From assembly GCA_037190905.1 (NCBI GenBank), contig JBBCKG010000019.1:16330-80329 (forward strand): DNA of 64,000 nucleotides, written 5' to 3'. Within the stretch, counting starts at the first letter, position 1; each line of letters starts with the position of its first letter. Of this stretch, positions 8,567 through 17,828 are shown piece after piece. This DNA comes from Agriterribacter sp. (lineage in GTDB: Bacteria > Bacteroidota > Bacteroidia > Chitinophagales > Chitinophagaceae). The translations under genes were made by a program, and so were the position numbers. Under the pieces are notes generated by a model, which was not told where the DNA came from, did not search any database, and saw nothing but the letters and a program-made list of their open reading frames with translations.

Positions 8567-10474
8567 ATGAGTATGGTAGATTCTTTTGAAAAAATTCCGT
8601 GCCAGATCTTCCCCGATTTTCAATCAGGCGCTGTATATGCGGCCAAAGAGATCGCAACCCTGATCAGAGAAAAACAGCGCAAAGGACAACATGCAGTGCT
8701 GGGGCTCGCCACAGGCTCTACTCCCAAAGGCCTTTACGCCGAACTGATCCGGATGCACCGCGAAGAAGGTCTAAGCTTTAAAAATGTGATAGCGTTCAAT
8801 CTGGATGAGTACTATCCCCTCAAAAAAGAAGCACCGCAGAGTTACTATCACTTCATGCGGAAAAAGTTGTTCGATCATATTGATATAGATCCCGCCAACT
8901 GCCATATTCCCAGCGGGGAATGGCCCAAGGATGAGGTGAAAAAATATTCAGCAGAATATGAGAAACTGATCGACGATGCCGGCGGCATCGACCTTCAGGT
9001 GCTGGGCATTGGCGTAAACGGACATATTGGATTCAATGAACCGGGGTCCAGCGTATATTCCAAAACCCGGCTTGTAACCCTGGAGAACTCCACCAGGCTG
9101 GCCAACTCATACGAGTTTGCCAATATATCGCAGGTACCGAGACTGGCGATCACAGCAGGTATCAGCACCATCATGAAAGCCAGAAGAGTAATACTGCTGG
9201 CATGGGGACAGTCGAAAGCACCCGTGATAAAAGCGGCGGTGGAAGACCATGTAACGGAGTCTATTCCCGCATCGCTGCTGCAAAACCACGACCATTGCGA
9301 ATTTGTGCTGGATGAGTTTGCTGCGGCTGAGCTTACCCGTTATAAATCGCCCTGGCTTACAGGTGATTGTGAATGGAACCCGAAAATGATCCGCCGCGCG
9401 GTGATCAATACGGCTTTGAAATTGAAAAAGCCCGTACTGAGCCTCACCAACAGCGATTATACCGACAATGGTCTCGGCGATCTATTGGTAGAAAAAGGCG
9501 ATGCCTACGGCATCAACCTGCAGGTATATTACATGCTGCGCGACAGCATTACGGGATGGCCGGGGGGCAAACCGGATGTACACCTGCCGGCGCATCCCGA
9601 ACGGTCTGAGCCCTTCCCTAAAAGGGTGGTTATATTTTCTCCCCACCCCGATGACGATATTATTTCCATGGGCGGCACCTTTCAACGACTGCACGATCAA
9701 GGGCACGAAGTGCACGTAGCCTACCAGACATCGGGTAACATTGCCGTTACCGACGAATTTGTGACCCGCTTTCTTGATTTTACTACGGGCTTTGACGAAC
9801 TGTTCGACAAAGACGCTTCTGTATCGAAAAAAATATCCCGCGACGCACGCGAATACTTTCAGCAGAAAACTTCGCGGCAGTCGGATACGCCGGAGATCAG
9901 AAGCATCAAAGGTCTCATTCGCAGATGCGAGGCAAAAGCCACCTGCCGGTATGTAGGCGTGGGCGATGAACGCGCACATTTTCAGAACCTGCCATTTTAC
10001 GAAACCGGCACCATCGAGAAAAAACCGATGGGGGAAGAAGATATACAAATCACCATGGAACTGCTGCGCAAGCTAAAACCGCAACAGGTATATTGCGCAG
10101 GCGACCTGGCCGATCCGCACGGCACCCACAAAGTTTGTCTGGAAATTGTTTTTGAATCGCTCCGCCGCATCAAAGAAGCCGGCGATGAATGGGTGAAGGA
10201 TTGCTGGGTATGGCTCTATAAGGGCGCCTGGCAGGAATGGGATATCACCGAAATCGAAATGGCAATACCAATGAGTCCCGAGCAGGTACTGAAGAAAAGG
10301 TTTGGTATTTTCATCCACCAGTCGCAAAAAGATTCTGTGCCCTTCCAGGGAACAGATGCCAGGGAATTCTGGGAAAGAGCGGAAGAAAGAAATGCCAATA
10401 CCGCCAACCTCTACGCACAGCTCGGTCTCACCAAGTATGCCGCGATGGAAGCTTTCGTAAGATGGCATTTCTAA
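8567..10474 (+). CDS. nagB: Long-form glucosamine-6-phosphate deaminase: NagB domain fused to a C-terminal LmbE/PIG-L-type deacetylase-like domain
   Basis: 635 aa. N-terminal NagB blocks LGLATGSTPKGLY, AFNLDEYY and LGIGVNGHIGFNEPGS. The C-terminal half carries the LmbE zinc-site motif VVIFSPHPDDDIISMGG and a later DPHGTHKV. Confidence 0.85.
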   Translation: MSMVDSFEKIPCQIFPDFQSGAVYAAKEIATLIREKQRKGQHAVLGLATGSTPKGLYAELIRMHREEGLSFKNVIAFNLDEYYPLKKEAPQSYYHFMRKKLFDHIDIDPANCHIPSGEWPKDEVKKYSAEYEKLIDDAGGIDLQVLGIGVNGHIGFNEPGSSVYSKTRLVTLENSTRLANSYEFANISQVPRLAITAGISTIMKARRVILLAWGQSKAPVIKAAVEDHVTESIPASLLQNHDHCEFVLDEFAAAELTRYKSPWLTGDCEWNPKMIRRAVINTALKLKKPVLSLTNSDYTDNGLGDLLVEKGDAYGINLQVYYMLRDSITGWPGGKPDVHLPAHPERSEPFPKRVVIFSPHPDDDIISMGGTFQRLHDQGHEVHVAYQTSGNIAVTDEFVTRFLDFTTGFDELFDKDASVSKKISRDAREYFQQKTSRQSDTPEIRSIKGLIRRCEAKATCRYVGVGDERAHFQNLPFYETGTIEKKPMGEEDIQITMELLRKLKPQQVYCAGDLADPHGTHKVCLEIVFESLRRIKEAGDEWVKDCWVWLYKGAWQEWDITEIEMAIPMSPEQVLKKRFGIFIHQSQKDSVPFQGTDAREFWERAEERNANTANLYAQLGLTKYAAMEAFVRWHF

Positions 10475-10504
10475 ACATCCCTGCAATAAAAAATAAATCT
10501 GATA

Positions 10505-10537
10505 AAAGGCTGCCGATACCGGCGGCCTTTATATTTC
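10505..10537 (+). terminator. Rho-independent terminator-like hairpin after nagB
   Basis: AAAGGCTGCCG (10505-10515), loop ATAC, CGGCGGCCTTT (10520-10530) with one G-U pair, followed by ATATTTC. Confidence 0.55.
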
Positions 10538-10706
10538 ATGCCGTAGCAGCAGGCACCCGGAGTGTGCAGTATACGATGAACCAGGGTCTGGAATAGCGGA
10601 ATATGTTCCCAAAAAAAGGAAGAATACCTATCTTACACCATACCATCATTCAGCCAGGGCCAGGCCACAGCCGATGACCCAGCGATGGGCAACAAAAACC
10701 CACCAC

Positions 10707-11621
10707 ATGAAAACCGGAAAAATTGTAGTAATCGGCAGTAGCAATATGGACATAGCGGTTACTACCGCGCGCCTTCCCAATCCCGGCGAAACAGTGTTTG
10801 CTGAATCTTTACTGATCAACCCGGGAGGCAAGGGCGCCAACCAGGCCGTGGCTGCCGCCCGTCTGGGCGCAGACGTAAAGTTTGTATCGCGGGTAGGGAC
10901 TGATGCGCTGGGTCAGCAGCTAACGGCGGCGCTGATCGGTGCGGGCATCGATACCCAATACCTCTTTACAACCGATGGCCAGCAAACCGGAATAGCCGTA
11001 ATAACGGTAGACAAATGGGGAGAAAACAGTATTGTGGTTGCACCGGGCGCCAATGCCGGATTATCTGAATCGGATGTTCACAAGGCAATGCCTGCTATTG
11101 CTGCAGCCTCACACCTCTTGCTACAACTGGAAACACCATTGGATACCGCCAGCTTCGCAGCAGCGTATGCTGCTTCAGTAGATACCCGGGTGATACTCAA
11201 CCCGGCACCCGCTCCTGCGGCACCGCTGCCCGAAGAGCTACTCCGCTGCGTGAATATACTGACGCCTAATCTTTCGGAGGCCGCACAGATCGCCGATATG
11301 GCCATCACCGGTCTCGAGTCTGCCAAAGAAGCGGCCAGGCGGATATGTGCAAAAGGGGTGCCTGCTGTTGTGGTTACGATGGGTGCGCAAGGTGCGCTTA
11401 TATGCGAGTCCAATAATTGTGTTGTAGTAGAAGCACCCCGGGTACTGCCGGTAGATACCACCGCAGCCGGTGATGTATTTAACGGCGCCCTGGCTGTGGC
11501 ACTTTCGGAAAACAGATCCATAGAGGAAGCCGTTGGGTTTGCCTGTCAGGCAGCTTCCGTGTCTGTTACGAGGCGAGGCGCCCAGTCTTCCATACCCTAC
11601 CGCCACGAGTTGCAGGTATAA
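10707..11621 (+). CDS. rbsK: Ribokinase / PfkB-family sugar kinase
   Basis: GGKGANQAVAAARLGA and C-terminal DTTAAGDVFNGALAVAL are the two PfkB/ribokinase signatures. The start is set at ATG 10707 (MKTGKIVVIGSSNMD) rather than the ORF-track 10674. Confidence 0.8.
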   Translation: MKTGKIVVIGSSNMDIAVTTARLPNPGETVFAESLLINPGGKGANQAVAAARLGADVKFVSRVGTDALGQQLTAALIGAGIDTQYLFTTDGQQTGIAVITVDKWGENSIVVAPGANAGLSESDVHKAMPAIAAASHLLLQLETPLDTASFAAAYAASVDTRVILNPAPAPAAPLPEELLRCVNILTPNLSEAAQIADMAITGLESAKEAARRICAKGVPAVVVTMGAQGALICESNNCVVVEAPRVLPVDTTAAGDVFNGALAVALSENRSIEEAVGFACQAASVSVTRRGAQSSIPYRHELQV

Positions 11622-11737
11622 GCGCCCTATCCGCTGGTACGGAGGATAAGAACAGCCTTAACAACGGCATAGATGCCGACAAAATAAAACTGTGATCCGT
11701 TTCAGATTCCGGCCTGACCACAGACAGCTTCAGCAGG

Positions 11738-12496
11738 CTAACGGTTTGATACGGTAACCAGCAGGTTGACCAGTTCCGGCACTTTCGACCACTGGGGATT
11801 GTGATCAGCCACCATCTCCACCACTTTCCAGTTTCGCTTGCGGGCGCGCTCCGCGAAAAAATAAAAGAAATCTTCCTCCGCCTTTTTACCCTCGTCTACC
11901 GTTAAAATATAGGTGGCAGGCAATGAAATGGCCCCCGGATTCTTCCACGACACCGGTGTTGTGAAGGTTTTGAGCGATTGCGGCACATCTTTGGGCACGG
12001 GATCACTGTCTTTTACCCATCGGGGAACCACAAACCCGTTTTCGGAATCTCTTTCCGGTCCCGCCTGCCCGTCTTTCCGCGCGGTTACAGCACTCTCTCC
12101 ATCTTCGGGAACGAATGCATCCAGGTATACCAGTTGCCGTATTTTTTCTGGTATACTATCGGCCACACCCGTGATAACCATGCCGCCGTAACTATGGCCT
12201 ACCAACACCACATTTTCCAGCTTTTCGAACAGAATAGTATTGACCACATCCAGTATATGCGTCTTCAGGTCGATATCGGACGAAGACAGGTGCACTCTTT
12301 CTCCCTGCCCGGTAAGACTGGGTCTATACACAGTATGCCCGCCAGCCGTTAGCGCAGCATCAACCGCTTTGAACGACCAGCTACCCCCCCAGGCGCCATG
12401 TACGATTACGTAGGTAGATTTTTGGGCGAAGCAAAAACTCAGGCTGAAAATACCCACCAGCAGAGCCATGCCTTTCAGCAGCATATGAAATTTCAT
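11738..12496 (-). CDS. Secreted alpha/beta hydrolase (methylesterase/SABP2-like esterase family)
   Basis: 252 aa. Signal peptide, then YVIVHGAWGGSWSF and the nucleophile elbow VLVGHSYGG. Confidence 0.75.
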   Translation of the reverse strand: MKFHMLLKGMALLVGIFSLSFCFAQKSTYVIVHGAWGGSWSFKAVDAALTAGGHTVYRPSLTGQGERVHLSSSDIDLKTHILDVVNTILFEKLENVVLVGHSYGGMVITGVADSIPEKIRQLVYLDAFVPEDGESAVTARKDGQAGPERDSENGFVVPRWVKDSDPVPKDVPQSLKTFTTPVSWKNPGAISLPATYILTVDEGKKAEEDFFYFFAERARKRNWKVVEMVADHNPQWSKVPELVNLLVTVSNR

Positions 12497-12558
12497 TGGT
12501 ATGTTGTTTTACCAAAGTTACCCGATATACCCATACCACCCACCTCGTCAGCACAATG

Positions 12559-15363
12559 TTACTGCTCCGGCATGTGGTGTATGGTGAGGTACGCCGCATC
12601 TTTCACCACAGCCCCGCTTTTAGCAGGAATTTCAAAACGAAAACAAACCGTTTCAGCGGGCCCCAGCTCCGGTATGGTTATCACCAGGCTTTTTCCGTCG
12701 GCGCCCGGCGACACCCTGCTTACCTGCAGGGTATCTTCTCCTTTGGTACCGGGGTTACTCACCGAATAATGATCAGATCCATACCTCGACGTCCACTTAT
12801 AGTTGTACCGGGTAACCCGGTATTTCGAGAGATCGGTATAGGCTGCTGCGGCGGGTTCGAAATTACAATTCAGTTGTATGCCATCTTTTACAACGCTTAC
12901 TCCCGTTATCATATGTCCCTCTCCTCCCTTGTAACGTACCCGCGCCAAAACGCCGTACTGCGAGGCAACGCCATCGTCCCATCCCGTCAAACCAGTGGTG
13001 TATAGTTGTTTGTCTGCAGGGTTCACAGCCACCCGTTGAATGCCCGCATCAAACTGAAATGGCAGCGCGAGCATTGCGCCCTGTGTAAGACCATTTACTT
13101 CCTGCGGATAAAATGCATACAGCCATCCCCTGCCAAAACTGGAGTGGATAAACCGGTTGCCCAGCGGCCCCCAGCTTTCATCGCTCCAGGCACCTCCGCC
13201 GGGTGAGTTGTCGAATTCCTGTGGCAACCATATGGCCGGCGGGTCATAAGCATCCGGTACGGGTACTACGTGCGGCAGCAAGGTACCTTTTACCCCCTGC
13301 TCACTGGTAAACGTTTTTCCGTCCGGCGACCATTTCCCGGCATCGTACTGATTGGGAACGTAGCCGTAAAAACCGCCGCTGCGTACCAGATTGATCTTGT
13401 TAGCCGGGATCCAGTTGCCCTGGTTATCACTTACGAAAATCCGGTCGTCGGGTGTAAGCGTGATACCGTTGTTGGTACGAAAACCAGTGCCGATATGTTC
13501 CGCGTTCCTTCCGTCTGGCGAAATTTTCACCACACTTCCCGGTTCTTTGTTGTCGGTAAATGCGCCTACCTTGGCATAGTAGAAATTTCCCTGGCTGTCT
13601 GTTTCTAATCCGAAGTTGAAGGCATGAAAAAACGATGACACATCGTGGTCGGTATAGAAGTTTTGGTAAAAATCAGTTTCGCCGTCGCCATTCAGGTCAT
13701 GGAGCAATACGATACCATTCCTGCAGGTAACGAAAATCTGGTCGTTGACTACTTTTAATCCCATGGGCTCATACAAACCGGCAGCTATTCGTTGCCAGTG
13801 TATGTTTTTCAAAGATGCATCTATCCCTGTTGCCACCCATACATCGCCGGTATAGGTAGCGATTACCAGATCGCCATTGCTTTTGAAACCGAGGCTGGTA
13901 GGGCGTATCCACGCATTCCACGGATTTTGAAACGGCAGCGGAATATTGTCTACCGCATATGGATAGTCGGATGGCAAGGATACAGCCTTAGCGGGGCTGG
14001 TCTTATCTGCGTCCTTGCTGTACAGCGGGTCGAAATGCGGACGTCCTGTATTCAGCTTGCCGGCCACCCGTATTTTTTGCGGCCACCGGGGAGCACCGCC
14101 CTGTACCATCTTAGTGAGATCAGCAGGCGGTGTATTTTTTCTACGTGTAGCTGTATATGTTTTGAAAGCCTGTAACTCCTGAACAGTTTTACCGGCGCTC
14201 CGGAGTACCTGTATTGTCATTGGCCGGTCGCTGGCCGGTATGTGTAGTATCATACGTCCGCTGTCGTCTGCTGAATAGGAGACCGATGGATCGTGAATGG
14301 AAACGGCTGCCGCTACGAACGACTTGCCGCCGGCAGCGGTGAGTGTTGCAAAGACGCTGTCCAGTACGAGGTTGCCCCCCGGCAGTTGACCAATGTAAAC
14401 AGACTGAGCTCCGCCTGGTTCCAGGTGCAGGGTATGGGCTATTACTTTATTGTTGTTCAACACTTCCGGCATTTCCAGGATATTCCGTCCTTCTATAGCA
14501 TAAGAAAGTATGGTACGGCGCTGAGAGGTATAATGTCCGTGATACTGCATATATTCTTCGGGCAGGGAAGTTCTGACCCCGGTAGCATTATGCAGGGAAT
14601 CTGATTTTCCACCATAGGCCCACTGCCACAGGTTCACACCTTCCCATACAGTGCCCTTGATGGCAGGTTGTCCCTCCCCACGGTATTTACGGTATTTGGT
14701 TTCGCTCAAGTCCATTGTTCCTTTCCACAATGCAGTGCTGCCCATCCGCAGCAGATTATAACTGATGTAAGCATTATTGCCGAGTTGTACGGTAAGCATA
14801 GACGTTCCCTGATCCTTCAACTGCGAATAGATAGCAGCACCATAGTTTCCCGCATTCGCGCTAAACCAATCCTGTCCGTAACGGATATTTCCTTTCAGCG
14901 CTTCCGAACGGGCAATCTGTCTTTGCTGGGCTATTGCATTTTTCGATCTGGGCAAACTTTCGAGATACGATGGGGTGATGGCGAAATACTGCCCCGGATT
15001 GGCCTTTTTTATAAAACTTTCACGTATATATTGTATCACATAGTAACGTTCTTCCGGCGTCAGCCAAGATTGCGCCGGCATGGTTCCGGCGCCTTTGGTG
15101 ATGGTCTGCCACATATCGTAGGGCCTGGTACCAAAACGCATGACATCTTTGTTGAAAGACCTTGCCTGCGGAAGAGCGGCGGTACCGTCGGCGCCGTGAC
15201 AGGCAATACAAGAGCTGTTATAAATGCGCTTCCCTTTTTCGAGTGTCTCGCTATTCAACTGCCTGAGTATAGCAGCATGGTTTACATCATCATCAACTGG
15301 AGAAGGCACGCGGAAAGCAAAAGCCGCGACCGTGAGCATGATTACAAATACTATACTTTTCAT
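12559..15363 (-). CDS. Large secreted c-type cytochrome fused to a beta-propeller (sugar/sorbosone dehydrogenase-like) domain
   Basis: N-terminal signal peptide and a single heme site, NSSCIACHGADG. The central and C-terminal region has propeller-like repeats (GDLVIATYTGDVWV, NGIVLLHDLNGDGETD, DSQGNFYYAK, FVSDNQGNWIP). The start is set at ATG 15363 (MKSIVFVIML...), which gives a signal peptide. Confidence 0.7.
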   Translation of the reverse strand: MKSIVFVIMLTVAAFAFRVPSPVDDDVNHAAILRQLNSETLEKGKRIYNSSCIACHGADGTAALPQARSFNKDVMRFGTRPYDMWQTITKGAGTMPAQSWLTPEERYYVIQYIRESFIKKANPGQYFAITPSYLESLPRSKNAIAQQRQIARSEALKGNIRYGQDWFSANAGNYGAAIYSQLKDQGTSMLTVQLGNNAYISYNLLRMGSTALWKGTMDLSETKYRKYRGEGQPAIKGTVWEGVNLWQWAYGGKSDSLHNATGVRTSLPEEYMQYHGHYTSQRRTILSYAIEGRNILEMPEVLNNNKVIAHTLHLEPGGAQSVYIGQLPGGNLVLDSVFATLTAAGGKSFVAAAVSIHDPSVSYSADDSGRMILHIPASDRPMTIQVLRSAGKTVQELQAFKTYTATRRKNTPPADLTKMVQGGAPRWPQKIRVAGKLNTGRPHFDPLYSKDADKTSPAKAVSLPSDYPYAVDNIPLPFQNPWNAWIRPTSLGFKSNGDLVIATYTGDVWVATGIDASLKNIHWQRIAAGLYEPMGLKVVNDQIFVTCRNGIVLLHDLNGDGETDFYQNFYTDHDVSSFFHAFNFGLETDSQGNFYYAKVGAFTDNKEPGSVVKISPDGRNAEHIGTGFRTNNGITLTPDDRIFVSDNQGNWIPANKINLVRSGGFYGYVPNQYDAGKWSPDGKTFTSEQGVKGTLLPHVVPVPDAYDPPAIWLPQEFDNSPGGGAWSDESWGPLGNRFIHSSFGRGWLYAFYPQEVNGLTQGAMLALPFQFDAGIQRVAVNPADKQLYTTGLTGWDDGVASQYGVLARVRYKGGEGHMITGVSVVKDGIQLNCNFEPAAAAYTDLSKYRVTRYNYKWTSRYGSDHYSVSNPGTKGEDTLQVSRVSPGADGKSLVITIPELGPAETVCFRFEIPAKSGAVVKDAAYLTIHHMPEQ

Positions 15364-15559
15364 GGCAGAAAGGTAGAGCATTTGGAGATAATTAAGTAAC
15401 AAACCGGCACTATGGTAACATAGCAAAATCTAAGGTTAATAACTGTCCTGGTTTTCAACTGCACTCCATCCGAAACAGGAAGTTTACCCCTTATACGCAG
15501 CCTTAGTACATGCACAGCAGATGACCCAAGCTATCATTTAGCGGGTAGCTATCTTATAT

Positions 15560-15753
15560 AACCTGCGTTCGGAATAAAAGAATCTGGATTTATTTCGTTG
15601 CAAAAGCAGCATAAAGTAGTCCTTTCGACAAAGAAAGAGAAGCACCCCCCACAGGTATTGCTGAAAATTGAGCAGACTTATCCCCCTGCGGCGGATAGAA
15701 ATGGGGGTCAGTTTTTCCGCTAACTTTCAGCTTAAGCCGAACTCACATTGTAC
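15560..15753 (+). repeat. Copy A of a ~190-bp intergenic repeat element (partner at 58750-58932, opposite orientation)
   Basis: The 18-nt perfect core CATAAAGTAGTCCTTTCG (15610-15627) equals the reverse complement of 58868-58885. Collinear shared blocks: AACCTGCG, AAGAA.GAGAAG, TATTG.CTGAAA, GCAGA, TAGAAA, TCAGTTT and A(T/A)TGTAC. Confidence 0.6.
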
Positions 15754-16159
15754 ATATATACTTTACAACGGCCATTTCTGAAACACCATATCTTCCTATC
15801 TTCTTGTTATTCAAACGAAAACGGCTATCCTCGCGAACGATAAAAAAAATTCATCAAAATTTCAGGGTGGTATTCAATTTTTTACTACTTTTAAACCTTT
15901 CATAGGATAAGGTTTAATGGCTAAAAACCATTGTTTCCCCTGTTTCTACAGGGGATTTCTGTTTGCACGAGGCAAGTTGCCTGCTTGAGGTGTGCATATG
16001 CCCCGGATATAGTGGTAGTAAAACTGTATGATTAGTATAATACTTATCCCGGCTACGACGGCATACCTACCAGCTCATATGGTTATACGCAGAGTTTTTG
16101 GATGAGAGCATCACTTGCTTTCAAGAAAAACACGATACAAATTTCTTACCCGTATAATT

Positions 16160-16194
16160 GAAAAGAGCCTGCATGACTCATGCAGGCTCTTTTC
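16160..16194 (-). terminator. Strong hairpin terminator downstream of susD
   Basis: Perfect 16-bp stem GAAAAGAGCCTGCATG / CATGCAGGCTCTTTTC with a 3-nt loop, 23 bp after the susD stop. The T-run is embedded in the 3' arm. Confidence 0.7.
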
Positions 16195-16216
16195 AAAACA
16201 AATCTCACACCTTTCA

Positions 16217-17788
16217 CTAATAGCCCTGATTTTGTTTCAGGTTTATTCCTTTGGCTATTTCAACATTCGGGATAGGGAACACATGGTGTACAGCAGGATT
16301 AAAGTTTCTAGCCGGCCATACTTCTATTTCTTCTAAAGATGTAATGGTTGTACCGGTAAGGTTTACTTTATATCCGTGCAGTGGTTTTGCATATGCCTCT
16401 TTAGCATCACCCCAGCGTACCAGATCCAGGTGACGGAACACACCAAACTCCAGTACAAATTCACAACGACGTTCATTTTTCAAATGTTCTTTAGTTGCTC
16501 CTGTTATAGGTTCCAGACCAGCGCGGGTACGTACCTGATTTAGCGGCGCGTCGCCGTCCAGGCCCTTCCATATTAGCGCCTCTGCCTTCATCAGCAACAC
16601 ATCAGCATAGCGTACGATAGGTATATTCAGGTCTGTTGTACCATTGTCACTATTAGGGTTGACTGTATTTCCTACGGCATCTGCTTCTCTAAAGGGCGCC
16701 AGGTATTTTCCAATGGTTAGTGCAGTAGGGCTGGATACCGACGAAGGATTTACAGCCCATACTATTTCATTGCCTACAAACTGAATGGTATCACCAGGCT
16801 CCACTATCGACACTTTTTTACGGGTATCGCCTGGCTCGAAGGCTTTTAGCAATTCAAGCGTGGGTTGAAAATACCCCCAGGTATTGTATATACCAAACCC
16901 CCCATTCTGGAAAATCACACCTGGTAACTTCGACCCGTCTATCTCTGTACTGGTGACACTCATGATATATTCCGAACTCCAGTTATTCTCTATTTCAAAT
17001 ACATCAGCATATTTAGCTAGTAACTGGTGTTTACCGGAATTGATTACGCGGTCAGTATATTCTATCACTTTATCGTAATACGAAGCATCATACTGCGCTG
17101 CGTACAGCGCTGCGCGGGCCATTAAGGACCAGGCGGCTGTTTTATGCATCAGACCGCGCTCTCCTTCCGGTATTTCATCAAACCAGGGAAGCAGTTCGGC
17201 TGCTCTTTCTAAATCTTCTATAATGTTATCGTAATTTTCCAGTACAGAAGCGGGTCGCGGCACATCCATTTCTTCCATGGGAGTATCTTCCGACACAATG
17301 GGTATACCACCATTCGGACCGTTGTCGCCATACCAGGGAGCCAGCCAGAGGTAGGAAAAACCCCGCATGAAATAGGCATGGCCCAACATGCTGTTTTTTA
17401 CCCTTTCAGATAAGCTGGCTGCATCGGGCGCAGAACGTATCAGGTTGTTGGCGTAATTAATGGTCTGGTACATCTGCGGCCAGTTTTGCCTTACATCCCT
17501 GCTGTTGGAACCTTCATCCAGGAAATTCTTGATATTCTGTGCCTCTGCCTGTGTTCTCCCTGTTACAAAATTATCACTACAATTTTCAAACCACATGAAT
17601 CCCCTGCCGGTGGTTCCCTCCCTGTATTGCCAGTAAAACAGGGAATACACCGCTTGCATGGCCTGTGCATCTGTCATATTGTCCAACGTTGTCGGCTGCC
17701 CGTAAGGCGTTAGCTCCAGAAACTTTTTACAGGAGCTAAAACTACCAGCTGAAAGTATAAAAACCAGTATTATTATTTTTGTTTTCAT
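16217..17788 (-). CDS. susD: SusD/RagB family nutrient-binding outer-membrane lipoprotein
   Basis: 523 aa. Lipoprotein signal (GSFSSC), TPR-like SusD N-terminal region and the usual position immediately after a SusC gene. Confidence 0.9.
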   Translation of the reverse strand: MKTKIIILVFILSAGSFSSCKKFLELTPYGQPTTLDNMTDAQAMQAVYSLFYWQYREGTTGRGFMWFENCSDNFVTGRTQAEAQNIKNFLDEGSNSRDVRQNWPQMYQTINYANNLIRSAPDAASLSERVKNSMLGHAYFMRGFSYLWLAPWYGDNGPNGGIPIVSEDTPMEEMDVPRPASVLENYDNIIEDLERAAELLPWFDEIPEGERGLMHKTAAWSLMARAALYAAQYDASYYDKVIEYTDRVINSGKHQLLAKYADVFEIENNWSSEYIMSVTSTEIDGSKLPGVIFQNGGFGIYNTWGYFQPTLELLKAFEPGDTRKKVSIVEPGDTIQFVGNEIVWAVNPSSVSSPTALTIGKYLAPFREADAVGNTVNPNSDNGTTDLNIPIVRYADVLLMKAEALIWKGLDGDAPLNQVRTRAGLEPITGATKEHLKNERRCEFVLEFGVFRHLDLVRWGDAKEAYAKPLHGYKVNLTGTTITSLEEIEVWPARNFNPAVHHVFPIPNVEIAKGINLKQNQGY

Positions 17789-17828
17789 TTCGATCTGTTT
17801 TATTTTTTACTGATCAGCGTTCGAAAAT

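Noticed and set aside
16108-16119. The 12-mer GCATCACTTGCT is shared between the region downstream of susD (16108-16119) and the region downstream of the CBM48-like gene (26821-26832).
   Set aside because: The match is statistically unusual, but the flanks show only faint similarity. There is no structure or consistent position relative to the genes. I cannot attach a function, so I record it only as a curiosity.
16115-16336. A 73-aa + strand ORF overlaps the susD terminator and the susD 3' end.
   Set aside because: It spans a perfect terminator hairpin and the end of a well-supported gene, and its translation is featureless, so it is spurious.
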